DNA from: an uncultured Acidobacteriaceae bacterium
GTDB lineage: Bacteria > Acidobacteriota > Terriglobia > Terriglobales > Acidobacteriaceae
Direction: 5' to 3'
NCBI GenBank assembly: GCA_963757205.1
Contig: CAVWQM010000005.1
Span: 78,558-142,557 of the forward strand
Length of the DNA: 64,000 bases
In this document: positions 9,653 to 19,293 of the stretch, piece by piece
How positions within the stretch are numbered: the stretch's first letter is position 1
Layout of the letters: every line of letters starts with the position of its first letter
Made by a program: the position numbers and the translations under genes
Notes under the pieces: generated by a model
What the model was told of the DNA's origin: nothing
What the model saw: only the letters and a program-made list of their open reading frames with translations
Database searches by the model: none

Positions 9653-9710
9653 CGCCTGACGGAACCTCGAGGCTTGCATGCTTTGAGGTTCATACGAGAC
9701 TCGACAAGAT

Positions 9711-10967
9711 ATGGTTTTACCCTCGTCAGAGATGGGCAAGAGCTTGAAAGACAAAGTAAGGCTGGCTTATCTGGTGAGCCATCCGATTCAGTACCAGGCA
9801 CCGCTGCTGCGCCGGATCGCTCAGGAGCCGGACATCGACCTGACTGTATTCTTCGGTTCGGACTTTTCTGTTCGCGATTACAAGGACGAGGGATTCGGTG
9901 TGGGGGTGAAGTGGGACGTGCCGCTGCTGGATGGGTATCGTCATGAATTCTTGCCGGTGCTGCGGGACAATACGAATCCTGGCGCGATGAGCCCGCTGAA
10001 CTACGGCATCTTTAAAAGGCTGCGCGGAAGCAAGGGCGTAGCCGGCTTCGATGTGCTCTGGCTGCATGGGTACTCTTCGGTGAACGCACTGCAGGCAATG
10101 CTCGCGGCGAAGGGGCTGGGCATACCGGTCCTGGTTCGGGCGGAGCCGTGGCTTGGGGATCGCGACCGGAGTGGGCCGACACTGGCGGTGAAGCAGCTAT
10201 ATTTCAAGCTGCTGCGGGGGTTACTCGACGGGGCGCTGCCGATCGGGACGCTGAACGCCAAGTATTGGCGTCATTATCTGGGCGAGGATTTTCCTTTGCA
10301 CTGGATGCCGTATGCAGTGGACAATCACTACTTTCAAAGCCGCTGCCAGGAGGCTCGCGAGGGGCGCACCGCACTGCGACAGGAGTTGAAGCTGGATGCC
10401 GCGCGGCCGGTGATTCTGTTTGCGTCAAAGCTTCAGACACGAAAGCGATGCGGGGATCTGTTGGAGGCTTACAGAAATCTCTCGACTGAGCCGGGGAGGG
10501 ATCCGCTTCCCTATCTTGTCATCGTTGGCGATGGCGAGGAGCGCAAGGCTCTCGAGAAGCGGGCAGCAGAGAGCGGACTTGAAGGGGTTCGTTTTTGCGG
10601 ATTCAGAAACCAATCGGAACTGCCGAGGTTCTTCGACGTGGCAACCGTCTTTGTGCTGCCGTCTAGGCATGAGCCGTGGGGGCTGATTGTGAACGAGGTA
10701 ATGAATGCAGGGCGAGCCGTGGTGGTCTCTGACGATGTGGGATGTCAGCCGGACCTGGTTGAGGACGGGGTCGAAGGCTGCGTCTTCCCCGTGGGAGATG
10801 TTGGAGCCTTGACCGATGCTTTACGAAGAGTTCTGGCGACGCCAGAGACCGCGGCGATGATGGGGCAGCGCGCACTGGCAAAGATTCAGACATGGGATTT
10901 TGAGGAAGATGTTCGCGGCCTTAGGCGCGCGATCGCACAAGCCACAAGGAAGATAACTGCCGAATGA
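9711..10967 (+). CDS. Glycosyltransferase family 4 (GT-B, retaining type)
   Basis: C-terminal GT1/GT4 signature LPSRHEPWGLIVNEVMNAGRAVVVSDDVG. Located in the EPS locus. Alternative ATG at 9732. Confidence 0.8.
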   Translation: MVLPSSEMGKSLKDKVRLAYLVSHPIQYQAPLLRRIAQEPDIDLTVFFGSDFSVRDYKDEGFGVGVKWDVPLLDGYRHEFLPVLRDNTNPGAMSPLNYGIFKRLRGSKGVAGFDVLWLHGYSSVNALQAMLAAKGLGIPVLVRAEPWLGDRDRSGPTLAVKQLYFKLLRGLLDGALPIGTLNAKYWRHYLGEDFPLHWMPYAVDNHYFQSRCQEAREGRTALRQELKLDAARPVILFASKLQTRKRCGDLLEAYRNLSTEPGRDPLPYLVIVGDGEERKALEKRAAESGLEGVRFCGFRNQSELPRFFDVATVFVLPSRHEPWGLIVNEVMNAGRAVVVSDDVGCQPDLVEDGVEGCVFPVGDVGALTDALRRVLATPETAAMMGQRALAKIQTWDFEEDVRGLRRAIAQATRKITAE

Positions 10968-11037
10968 CGATGCGATTTCATTGTCGAAGTGAGCGCGAAT
11001 TCCTACTGATATTCTGAGAGTTGATGAGCAAACACGG

Positions 11038-12213
11038 ATGAGGATTCTCCACATTATCGGAACGCTGGACCCGGCTGCCGGGGGGCCCACGGAATCGGTG
11101 AGGGTCTTGCTGAGTTATGGGCCCATCGGTTACACAGGCGAGGTCGTGACTCTGGATGATCCTTCGGCACCGTTTCTGAGCGATATCGGATTTCCAGTAC
11201 ACGCACTGGGACCAACAAACACCAAGTACGGATTCAATTCCAAACTGCTGCCATGGCTGAGGGATAACCGGCACCGCTTTGATGGTGTTGTAGTGAATGG
11301 GCTATGGCAGTACTGCGGGCTTGCGGCCTGGCGCACGCTGGCAGGAAATACACCCTATGTCGTGTTTACACATGGCATGCTGGACCCTTACTTCAAACAT
11401 GCGTTTCCGCTGAAACACATCAAGAAATGGCTGTATTGGGTCCCGGCGGAGTACTGGATTTTGCGCGGCGCCTATCGGGTGCTGTTTACGTCGAAGGCGG
11501 AGAAGCGGTTGGCAGAGGAGAGCTTCTGGATGCATCGCTGGAACGCGTACGTGGTTCCGTATGGCGCAAGTGGGCCTACGGGCGATCCCGAGGCGCAGAA
11601 GCGGGCTTTCTTTGCAAAATGTCCGGAGGCGAAGGGCAAGCGGTATCTGCTTTTTCTCGGCCGCATCCACCGCAAGAAAGGGTGCGATCTTCTGATCGAT
11701 GCGTTCGCGAAGGTCGCCGCGACAGATCCAGATCTTTATCTGGTGATGGCTGGCCCGGATCAACAGTTGTGGAGCGCGAAGTTGAAGGCCACGGCTGCGA
11801 GCGCAGGGATCGCCGACCGCATCTTCTGGCCGGGCCTGGTGACGGGCGACGCGAAGTGGGGAGCTTTCTTCGGATCGGAGGCGTTCATTCTGCCCTCGCA
11901 TCAGGAGAACTTTGGGATCGCCGTGGCAGAGGCTCTGGCGTGCGGAAAGCCTGTCCTGCTTGCCGATAAGGTGAATATCGCCGAGGATATTGCGGAGGAT
12001 GGCGCAGGGCTGATGGAACTCGATACGGCCGAGGGTACGTTGCGGCTGCTGCAGCGTTGGATCGGCATGACCGTTAAAGAGCGGCAGCATATGTCGGAGC
12101 TCGCCTATCAGTGCTTCCACCGGCGATACGATATGCGAGAGAATGCGAAGGCGATCATTCGGTTATTTGGAACGGCCACGGTACTTACTCCCACTGCAGT
12201 GGATTCGGAATAG
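11038..12213 (+). CDS. Glycosyltransferase family 4 (GT-B)
   Basis: MRILHIIGTLDPAAGGP N-terminus and ILPSHQENFGIAVAEALACGKPVLLADK signature. Confidence 0.8.
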   Translation: MRILHIIGTLDPAAGGPTESVRVLLSYGPIGYTGEVVTLDDPSAPFLSDIGFPVHALGPTNTKYGFNSKLLPWLRDNRHRFDGVVVNGLWQYCGLAAWRTLAGNTPYVVFTHGMLDPYFKHAFPLKHIKKWLYWVPAEYWILRGAYRVLFTSKAEKRLAEESFWMHRWNAYVVPYGASGPTGDPEAQKRAFFAKCPEAKGKRYLLFLGRIHRKKGCDLLIDAFAKVAATDPDLYLVMAGPDQQLWSAKLKATAASAGIADRIFWPGLVTGDAKWGAFFGSEAFILPSHQENFGIAVAEALACGKPVLLADKVNIAEDIAEDGAGLMELDTAEGTLRLLQRWIGMTVKERQHMSELAYQCFHRRYDMRENAKAIIRLFGTATVLTPTAVDSE

Positions 12214-12221
12214 GTTTTTCC

Positions 12222-12830
12222 ATGCCAAAGCAGATTCACTACAACGCGGCAGAGCACATCTCAGCCGACACTGCAGCCGACCCGTACCTTCGACCGGCAT
12301 TTTCGTTGAGCGACCGGCTGCGACGGCTGAACTGGAATATCTGCTGGGCCGTGCTGTATAGAACGTCACCGAGACCGTTACATTCCTGGCGATCGTTTCT
12401 TCTTCGTTTGTTTGGGGCGACGATGGGGGCCAATTGCCACTTCTACCCGCGATCGCGCGTATGGGCACCGTGGAATTTGATCTGTGCCGATCAGGTTACG
12501 GCGGGAGACGGTGCGGAGATCTACAACCCTGCGCCGGTTACGCTGGGGTCACATGCAATTTTGTCGCAGGATGCTTACGTATGTGCCGCTACGCATGATT
12601 ATGATGACCCTGCATTCCCGCTGATCGCGTACGCGATGAACATCGGAGCTTACGCTTGGGTGTGCGCTCGGGCGTCGGTTGCTCCTGGCGTGAATGTGGG
12701 TGAAGGCGCGGTGCTCGGGCTTGGGTCGGTCGCTACCAGGAGCCTGGATCCGTGGACAGTGTATGCCGGGGTGCCGGCGATCAAGGTGAAGGACAGGCGG
12801 CGGTCTGTGGATCGTCAGATCATAGAGTGA
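12222..12830 (+). CDS. wcaF: WcaF-like polysaccharide O-acetyltransferase (left-handed beta-helix / hexapeptide)
   Basis: The ORF track frame starts at 12111, but the ATG at 12222 lies just past the upstream gene stop (12213). Sequence RLNWNICWAVLYRTSPRPLHSWRSFLLRLFGA plus hexapeptide repeats (IGAYAWVCARASVAPGVNVGEGAVLGLGSV) matches the WcaF pattern. Confidence 0.75.
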   Translation: MPKQIHYNAAEHISADTAADPYLRPAFSLSDRLRRLNWNICWAVLYRTSPRPLHSWRSFLLRLFGATMGANCHFYPRSRVWAPWNLICADQVTAGDGAEIYNPAPVTLGSHAILSQDAYVCAATHDYDDPAFPLIAYAMNIGAYAWVCARASVAPGVNVGEGAVLGLGSVATRSLDPWTVYAGVPAIKVKDRRRSVDRQIIE

Positions 12831-12862
12831 CCTGCCAGTTCACCTGACTGGGTTGGTGCGTC

Positions 12863-13417
12863 ATGAAAGCACAGCGAAAGATCATCGTCTTCATTGCAAC
12901 AAGCGCTGACGGCTACATCGCTCGGCCGAATGGTGATGTCGAATGGCTCAATCGTCGCCCAGACACGGTCGATCACGGTATGACCACGTTTTACCGGACG
13001 ATCGACACAATCCTGTGGGGACGCAAGACCTACGACTGGGCTCTCGCCTATCACAAGAAAACGCGGAGCAAAGGCCGAATATTCGACACGAAACTCGCGA
13101 ACTACGTCTTCTCGCGGAAGCAGCCGAAGCGAACTGTACCAGGTGTGGAATTTGTGTCTGAGCCGGTGAAGGCGTTTGCGCAGCGTCTGCGCGCCGCTCC
13201 CGGCAAACACGTCTGGATGATGGGCGGTGGCGGGCTGATTGCCTCATTCCTCGACGCCGGAGAGATTGACGAGTTCGCCATCCATGTTATTCCGACATTT
13301 ATCGGTGAGGGCATACCGCTGATAGAACCGCGCCATCGGGACGTTCCATTACGCCTGCGTTCAGCGAGGAAATACCCCGATGGCGTGGTTGGGCTGCGCT
13401 ACGAGGTCATGCGGTAG
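12863..13417 (+). CDS. Dihydrofolate reductase family protein (RibD C-terminal domain-like)
   Basis: N-terminus KIIVFIATSADGYIARPNGDVEWL, GRKTYDW and 184 aa length are typical of the RibD_C/DHFR-like family. Confidence 0.75.
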   Translation: MKAQRKIIVFIATSADGYIARPNGDVEWLNRRPDTVDHGMTTFYRTIDTILWGRKTYDWALAYHKKTRSKGRIFDTKLANYVFSRKQPKRTVPGVEFVSEPVKAFAQRLRAAPGKHVWMMGGGGLIASFLDAGEIDEFAIHVIPTFIGEGIPLIEPRHRDVPLRLRSARKYPDGVVGLRYEVMR

Positions 13418-13479
13418 CTGGCTGAGGATTGCCTGGCCGCAACATGCAGGTTGCTGAACGACCGGCGGGCCACAGAGGC

Positions 13480-13863
13480 CTAGCCTCGTAATTTTGCCAG
13501 TAGATCGGTCGGATGGACCGGTTTGGCGAGAATTTCGAACTCGTGGCCCTGGGTGCGAGCCCTCTCCAGCAGATCCGCGGTAGCGGCCTGGCCTGAAAAG
13601 AGAAGGATCTTGCACTTTGGCAGTTTGCTGCGAGTGATGATTGCAGCTTCAATACCGGTCATGCCGGTCATGATGACGTCGCTGATGAGCATGTCTGGCT
13701 GAAAGCTCTCGAGCGACTCGACGGCCTTTTCTCCGCTAAACACGGCGCGTGCCTCAAAGCCCGCTTGATTCAGGATAATTGCTAAAGTATTGGCAATTAC
13801 TTGCTCGTCATCGGCGACGAGTACCCTGGGTTTTGGTGAGGCTGTAGTGGTTGAATCTGCCAT
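13480..13863 (-). CDS. Single-domain response regulator (CheY-like receiver)
   Basis: RVLVADDE acidic pocket, phospho-acceptor region DMLISDVIMTGMTG, conserved Lys in ILAKP. The ORF track start at 13878 is TTG. ATG at 13863 with GGGGA 6 nt upstream is preferred. Confidence 0.8.
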   Translation of the reverse strand: MADSTTTASPKPRVLVADDEQVIANTLAIILNQAGFEARAVFSGEKAVESLESFQPDMLISDVIMTGMTGIEAAIITRSKLPKCKILLFSGQAATADLLERARTQGHEFEILAKPVHPTDLLAKLRG

Positions 13864-14031
13864 GCTGAATGTCCCCAAAATTTGAAGGTCAAAGTTGAGT
13901 GATAAATGTAACGTTTACAGGCATCGGTTTTGTGTTTTGCCCTACGTAGTAATGATACGCTGACCGCAGAGTTGGTTGACGGACAACCTCCACAATTCAC
14001 AGAGAACGCACACTGTACTACAAAACTTCTT

Positions 14032-15390
14032 ATGCAGCCAGCCATCATACGCGCAGAACGTGTCGAGAAATATTACGCGCAGCCGAGCGAGAACCGCATC
14101 CAGGTGATCTCTCCGACCGATCTATCGATTACGGCGGGGGAAATCGTGGCCTTGTTGGGGCCTTCGGGCTCGGGCAAGTCGACGCTGCTTCGAATGTTGA
14201 CTGGGCTGTCTGTGCCATCGGCTGGCGAGGTGTACTGGCATGAACAGCCGATCAAGACCGCCAACGTCAATGTGTCAATCGTGTTTCAGAGTTTTGCACT
14301 GTTCCCGTGGCTTACTGTACTGGAGAACGTCGAAGCGCCCCTGAAGGCGCGCGGGATGGAGCCGGCGGAGAGGCGCAAACGGAGTCTGAAGATCCTCGAT
14401 ACGGTGGGTCTGGACGGTTTTCAGGCGGCGTATCCTAAGGAGCTTTCCGGTGGAATGCGGCAGCGCGTGGGTTTTGCGCGGGCTTTGGTGGTCGAGCCTG
14501 AGGTTTTGTTTATGGATGAGCCGTTCTCTGCCCTGGATGTGTTGACGGCTGAGAACCTGCGCAGCGAACTGCTGGAGTTGTGGCAGAACAAGACGATTCC
14601 GACGCGGGCGATTTTTCTAGTTACGCACAACATTGAAGAGGCGGTGTTGCTGGCGGATCGCATCATTGTGCTGGGCCGCAATCCGGGGCACGTGCGAACC
14701 GATTTTCGAGTGGCGATTCAGCATCCGAGAGACAGGAAGGCAACCGCATTTACACAGCTGGTGGACTACATCTACAAGGTGCTGACGCAGCCCGATGCAC
14801 AACCGCCGGCGTTGCCTCAGACCGCAACTGGGAAAAAGGTCCGCGATCAGAGAGAGATGCACTATCAAATGCTGCCCCATGCACGGCCAGGTGGCATTGC
14901 GGGGCTTCTGGAGCTGGTGCTGGACCACAACGGCAAGGACGATATCTACCGGTTGGCGGACGATCTGGCGTTTGAGATCGATGACCTGCTGCCCATCGTC
15001 GACGCTGCACAGTTGTTGGGCTTCCTGAAGGTGACAGAAGGCGACGCGGAGATAACGCCGACTGGCGCTGAGTATGCCAACTCGGAGATTCTGCGGCAGA
15101 AGGCGCTGTTTCGAGATGCGGCCATGGAAAATGTTTTGTTGCTTCGGCAGATTGTGCGCGCAATTGAGTCCAAGAGCGACCGCAGCGTGCCGGAGGAGTT
15201 CTTCCATGATGTGCTGGATGAGCAGTTCAGCGAGGAGGAGACGCTGCGGCAGCTTGAGACGGCGATCAACTGGGGGCGGTATGCCGAGTTGTTCGACTTC
15301 GATGCGTCTCGGCGCCGGTTTATTCAATCGGAGAAGCTGCACCAAGAAGTGGAGACCTCTCCTCCACCAAGCGCGGAGATTGACGCATGA
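14032..15390 (+). CDS. ABC transporter ATP-binding protein (NitT/TauT family) with C-terminal AAA-associated domain
   Basis: Walker A GPSGSGKST, signature LSGGMRQR, Walker B VLFMDEP. A roughly 200-aa C-terminal extension (GIAGLLELV...IDDLLPIVDAAQLLGF...INWGRYAELFDFD) matches the AAA_assoc_C pattern. ATG at 14032 is preferred over the ORF track start at 13930. Confidence 0.85.
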   Translation: MQPAIIRAERVEKYYAQPSENRIQVISPTDLSITAGEIVALLGPSGSGKSTLLRMLTGLSVPSAGEVYWHEQPIKTANVNVSIVFQSFALFPWLTVLENVEAPLKARGMEPAERRKRSLKILDTVGLDGFQAAYPKELSGGMRQRVGFARALVVEPEVLFMDEPFSALDVLTAENLRSELLELWQNKTIPTRAIFLVTHNIEEAVLLADRIIVLGRNPGHVRTDFRVAIQHPRDRKATAFTQLVDYIYKVLTQPDAQPPALPQTATGKKVRDQREMHYQMLPHARPGGIAGLLELVLDHNGKDDIYRLADDLAFEIDDLLPIVDAAQLLGFLKVTEGDAEITPTGAEYANSEILRQKALFRDAAMENVLLLRQIVRAIESKSDRSVPEEFFHDVLDEQFSEEETLRQLETAINWGRYAELFDFDASRRRFIQSEKLHQEVETSPPPSAEIDA

Positions 15391-17174
15391 TGCGGTTTCC
15401 GGAGAGCTTCAGTAACATTCCCGGGCGAGAGACGCTGGCGCGGTCGCAGGTGTTGCAGCGCAGCTGGCCGTTTGTGCTGGATTTGTGCGTCGCAGGGATT
15501 GGGCTGGCCTGTTTTTACGGGGTGGTCTACATTGCGAAGTACTGGTTTGGGGGAGCACAGCCGGAGATTGTGATCTCGCAGAGTCCGCGGGCGCTTCCGA
15601 TGTATGCGTTCTATTCGATCGTGCGGATTGGGCTGGCGTACCTGCTGAGTCTGCTTTTCGCCATTGGCTATGGATATGTTGCGGCCTATAACAAACGAAT
15701 CGAAGGGCTGATGATTGCGGGGCTGGATATTCTGCAGTCGATTCCGGTGCTCAGCTTTTTGCCTGGCGTGATGTTGGCGATGGTGGCGCTCTTTCCAACG
15801 CGGCAGATTGGCGTGGAGATGGGCGCGATTGTACTGATTTTCACCGGCCAGGTATGGAATATAGCATTCAGTTTTTACTCCTCAATCAAAAGCATTCCGC
15901 GAGAGCTCTCTGAGGCTGCAGATATCTATCAATTTTCCCGATTGCAGCGGTTGATGCAGTTGGAGCTTCCCTACTCGGCGATTGGGTTGGTGTGGAACTC
16001 GATGGTGTCTGTGGCGGGTGGATGGTTTTTCCTGATGGCTTGCGAGATGTTTGTTCTCGGGACGAGAGATTTCCGGCTGCCGGGATTGGGTTCTTATCTG
16101 CAGACGGCTGCCGGTACGGGAAATTACGTTGCAATTACGTGGGGCCTGTTGACGATGATTGCCATTATCGTGGCGACCGACCAGCTGATCTGGAGGCCGG
16201 TGATTGCATGGAGCGACAAGTTCAAGTTTGAACAGGTGGAGAGCGGGTCTCGAGTGCGCTCTCCCTTGTTGCATCTTCTGCAACAGTCGCGGGGTCTCCG
16301 ATCGCTACGGCAGCACACAGTCGTGCCGCTGGGCGAGGAACTGTATCGGCGATTGGCGAAGGAGCAAAAGGAAGCGGAGACGCAAACTTCTGCCGTGAAC
16401 AAAGAGGCCAAGATCAAACGCAGCAGGGCCATCGCGTTGGTGAGGGGATTGACCCTGGTAGTCGTGGCAGCAGCTGTGCTCTATGCGGCGTGGCAGGCTG
16501 TGGCACTTTTACGTGAGCTGCACGGATCGCAGTTTGTTGAAATTATGAAGGGGGCGCTGGCGACCTTTTTGCGAGTGAATGTCGCGCTGGTATTGGCGGC
16601 TGCGTGGACCATTCCGGCAGGGGTTGCGATTGGATTTCATCCGCGCCTGGCACGCATCGCGCAACCGATTGCACAGATTGCGGCGTCAGTGCCGGCTACT
16701 GCGCTGTTCCCTGTTCTTCTGATTGCGCTGGTGCGGGTGGGAGGAGGGATGGGGATCGGCTCCATTGCGCTGATGCTGCTGGGAACGCAGTGGTACATCC
16801 TGTTCAATGTGATTGCCGGAGCGATGGCGATTCCATCGGATCTGCGTGAGGTTGCGAAGCTGTTTCGCTTTACAGCCCTACAACGATGGAAGACGGTTAT
16901 TCTGCCGGGTATCTTTCCGTTTCTGATTACCGGGCTGGTGACTGCGTCGGGCGGGGCGTGGAACGCCAGCATCATTGCGGAGTACTTCCGGTTGAAGAAC
17001 CAGACGCTACAGACGATGGGATTGGGAGCGATGATCAGCGCGGCGACCGATAGCGGGCAGTTTCAGATTCTGCTGATGGCGACCATCGTAATGGCGATGA
17101 TGGTGGTGACGATCAACCGGCTGGTGTGGCGGCCGCTTTATCGGATGGCGGAGACTCGGTACAAGCTTGAGTGA
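15387..17174 (+). CDS. ABC transporter permease, tandem-duplicated BPD_transp_1 domains (595 aa)
   Basis: ATGA overlap with the ATPase gene. Two homologous multi-TM halves each carry an EAA-like loop (IPRELSEAADIYQFSRLQRL and IPSDLREVAKLFRFTALQRW). Confidence 0.85.
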   Translation: MMRFPESFSNIPGRETLARSQVLQRSWPFVLDLCVAGIGLACFYGVVYIAKYWFGGAQPEIVISQSPRALPMYAFYSIVRIGLAYLLSLLFAIGYGYVAAYNKRIEGLMIAGLDILQSIPVLSFLPGVMLAMVALFPTRQIGVEMGAIVLIFTGQVWNIAFSFYSSIKSIPRELSEAADIYQFSRLQRLMQLELPYSAIGLVWNSMVSVAGGWFFLMACEMFVLGTRDFRLPGLGSYLQTAAGTGNYVAITWGLLTMIAIIVATDQLIWRPVIAWSDKFKFEQVESGSRVRSPLLHLLQQSRGLRSLRQHTVVPLGEELYRRLAKEQKEAETQTSAVNKEAKIKRSRAIALVRGLTLVVVAAAVLYAAWQAVALLRELHGSQFVEIMKGALATFLRVNVALVLAAAWTIPAGVAIGFHPRLARIAQPIAQIAASVPATALFPVLLIALVRVGGGMGIGSIALMLLGTQWYILFNVIAGAMAIPSDLREVAKLFRFTALQRWKTVILPGIFPFLITGLVTASGGAWNASIIAEYFRLKNQTLQTMGLGAMISAATDSGQFQILLMATIVMAMMVVTINRLVWRPLYRMAETRYKLE

Positions 17175-17177
17175 GGA

Positions 17178-17666
17178 CTATGGGCGGTTGGGTAAGGCGG
17201 GCTTGCGGAAAGCATAGATGACCGCGAGTAGAGGTGGCGCCAGCAGGACTCCCCAGAATGGAATGACGATGCCGAGAACGATGGGGCCTAAGAAGGCAGC
17301 CCACCAGGGAATCTTGGTCGTGCGGTGCAGGACGTATGGGCCTATGACGAGGCCGTCGAGGATGACGATCAGGCCATAGAGGCCGAGGACCAGGCCGAGG
17401 CGCCACCAGTCGTCGTCGTTTGCTGTGACAGCCACGGAGATCACAGGCCCGATGAGAGCGATCATGCCTCCAAACGTGGGAATGATCTGCAGAAGGCCAC
17501 CGAGGATTGCCCAGAACGGGGCCCATGGAACTCGGATGAGTTCGAGGCCTATGAGCCAAAGAACTCCGACGATGAGCGCATCGAGAGTGGCCGCGCGCCA
17601 CCAGTTGACGAGTGCGCTGCCAGCGGTTTTTAGATGGGCGCCTGCGTTGCTGTTTCTAAGGTCCAT
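17178..17666 (-). pseudogene. Truncated AI-2E (PerM/UPF0118) family transporter, C-terminal half only
   Basis: 162 aa match only the C-terminal TM bundle of AI-2E proteins (GLLQIIPTFGGMIALIGPVI...LDGLVIGPYVL). Only about 130 bp separate the start from the next gene, so the N-terminal half is absent. Confidence 0.55.
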
Positions 17667-17796
17667 ACCAACCTGATTGTCCCGTGCCGCATCAGACCTG
17701 CTGGGACAGAACTATAACGCATAGACCCTGGATTCGAGACGAAGACGCGTTTCGGAGCGGCTGCGCGCGAATCGGCTTGAATGGAGAACGATTGAG

Positions 17797-19122
17797 ATGG
17801 CTGTCATGATGCAGGCGTTTTACTGGGATGCGCCGATCAAGGAACAGAAGGAGGGTGAGTGGTGGAATTACCTTTCGGAGAAGGCGGAGGAGCTGGCTGC
17901 CGCTGGCATAAACGCATTGTGGCTGCCGCCGATCTGCAAGGGGGCGGAGGCTCGGTCACCGGGCTATGATCCCTACGATTATTTCGACCTGGGTGATTTT
18001 GACCAGAAGGGTGGAACGAAGACTTTATATGGCAATCGCAAGGAGTTGGAGAGCCTGATCGGGAAGTTGCATGAGCACAAGATCGGGGCCTACGCCGACA
18101 TGGTGATCAACCATAACTCCGGCGCAGATGAAGAAGAGGTTAACCCGATCGATGGGCAGAAGCGCTGGACGAAGTTCAATCCCAAGTCAGGCAAGTTTCC
18201 GCGCGACTGGAACTGCTTTCATCCTTCACGGTATGAGCGGGTGATGATCGAAGGCGAGAACTTTGCTGGCTTCCCTCACCTTTGTCACCGCAATCCGCGG
18301 GTATACGAAGCGATGTTTGAGTATGCACGGATGGTGATCGAAGAGCTGAGGTTTGACGGTTTTCGCTTCGACTTTGCAAAGGGGTATGGAGCGTGGATGA
18401 TCGGGCTGCTGGCGAAGTATCGCTATGAGCGAGATGGCAAGGAGTTCACTCCATTTGTTGTCGGCGAATACTGGTCGGGCCCCGAGGATATCGCCGGGTG
18501 GCTGGATGGTGTACGCGCTGTCACCGATAACCAGATTGCTGCGTTCGATTTTCCCCTGCGCTACAAGCTGAAGGACATGTGCGACACGCTGAAGTACGAC
18601 CTTCGGAATCTGACTGCGGGTGAATCGGTTGTGGCGAGCCGGCCGTTCAACGCGGTGACGTTTGTCGAAAACCACGACATGGGCGGTAACGAGATCGTCA
18701 ACGACAAAAACCTCGCGTATTCCTTCATTCTGATGAACGAGGGGTATCCGTGCATCTTCTGGTACGACTACTACAACCTGGGGCTGGCGCGAAAGGGGAC
18801 GCCGAACGGCATCGACGCCCTGATTGATGCACACCACAAGTACGCTGACGGCGAGGCGTGTATTCTTCATGCCGATCCAGACCTCTACATAATGCAGCGC
18901 GCTGGGATCGAAGGCAGGCCGGGATGCATTTATGTGCTGAACAATCTTGGAGACAAATGGTCGGGGACGTCGGTGAAGACGAAATGGGTAAACCAGAAGT
19001 TCAAGCCGGTGGCGTGGGATGGCCACGATACGGCTCACCCGGATGAGCGAACCACCGATAAGGACGGAAACGCCGAGTTCCCTGCCCCGCCGCGTGGGTA
19101 TGCGGTGTACGCTCCGGTCTAG
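17797..19122 (+). CDS. Alpha-amylase, GH13, probably cytoplasmic (no signal peptide)
   Basis: All four GH13 conserved regions are present: DMVINHN, GFRFDFAKG, EYW and FVENHD. The N-terminus MMQAFYWD is typical. Confidence 0.85.
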   Translation: MAVMMQAFYWDAPIKEQKEGEWWNYLSEKAEELAAAGINALWLPPICKGAEARSPGYDPYDYFDLGDFDQKGGTKTLYGNRKELESLIGKLHEHKIGAYADMVINHNSGADEEEVNPIDGQKRWTKFNPKSGKFPRDWNCFHPSRYERVMIEGENFAGFPHLCHRNPRVYEAMFEYARMVIEELRFDGFRFDFAKGYGAWMIGLLAKYRYERDGKEFTPFVVGEYWSGPEDIAGWLDGVRAVTDNQIAAFDFPLRYKLKDMCDTLKYDLRNLTAGESVVASRPFNAVTFVENHDMGGNEIVNDKNLAYSFILMNEGYPCIFWYDYYNLGLARKGTPNGIDALIDAHHKYADGEACILHADPDLYIMQRAGIEGRPGCIYVLNNLGDKWSGTSVKTKWVNQKFKPVAWDGHDTAHPDERTTDKDGNAEFPAPPRGYAVYAPV

Positions 19123-19151
19123 CGTGCAGGTGCTTTGAAGAACATCGACCA

Positions 19152-19255
19152 CGGATCACACGGATAACCGCGGATCGGTAAAACCGGATTGGATGATGAG
19201 AGATTCGCTACTGGTCCCGTTCGTTTCTATCCGTTTCATCCTCGTGATCCGCGGT
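19152..19255. promoter_or_regulatory. Phased CGGAT repeats plus 10-bp inverted repeat upstream of purQ
   Basis: CGGAT occurs at 19152, 19161, 19171 and 19185, a period of about 10 nt. ACCGCGGATC (19167-19176) is the exact reverse complement of GATCCGCGGT (19246-19255). Confidence 0.3.
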
Positions 19256-19293
19256 CGATTTACTGTCTTGTTTCGGATGATATTCTTAAGCCT

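Noticed and set aside
9661-9691. 7-bp hairpin GAACCTC...GAGGTTC after the wza-like gene, considered as a terminator
   Set aside because: The stem is short, the loop is 16 nt and no T-run follows. The next gene starts 20 nt later on the same strand, so read-through is likely.
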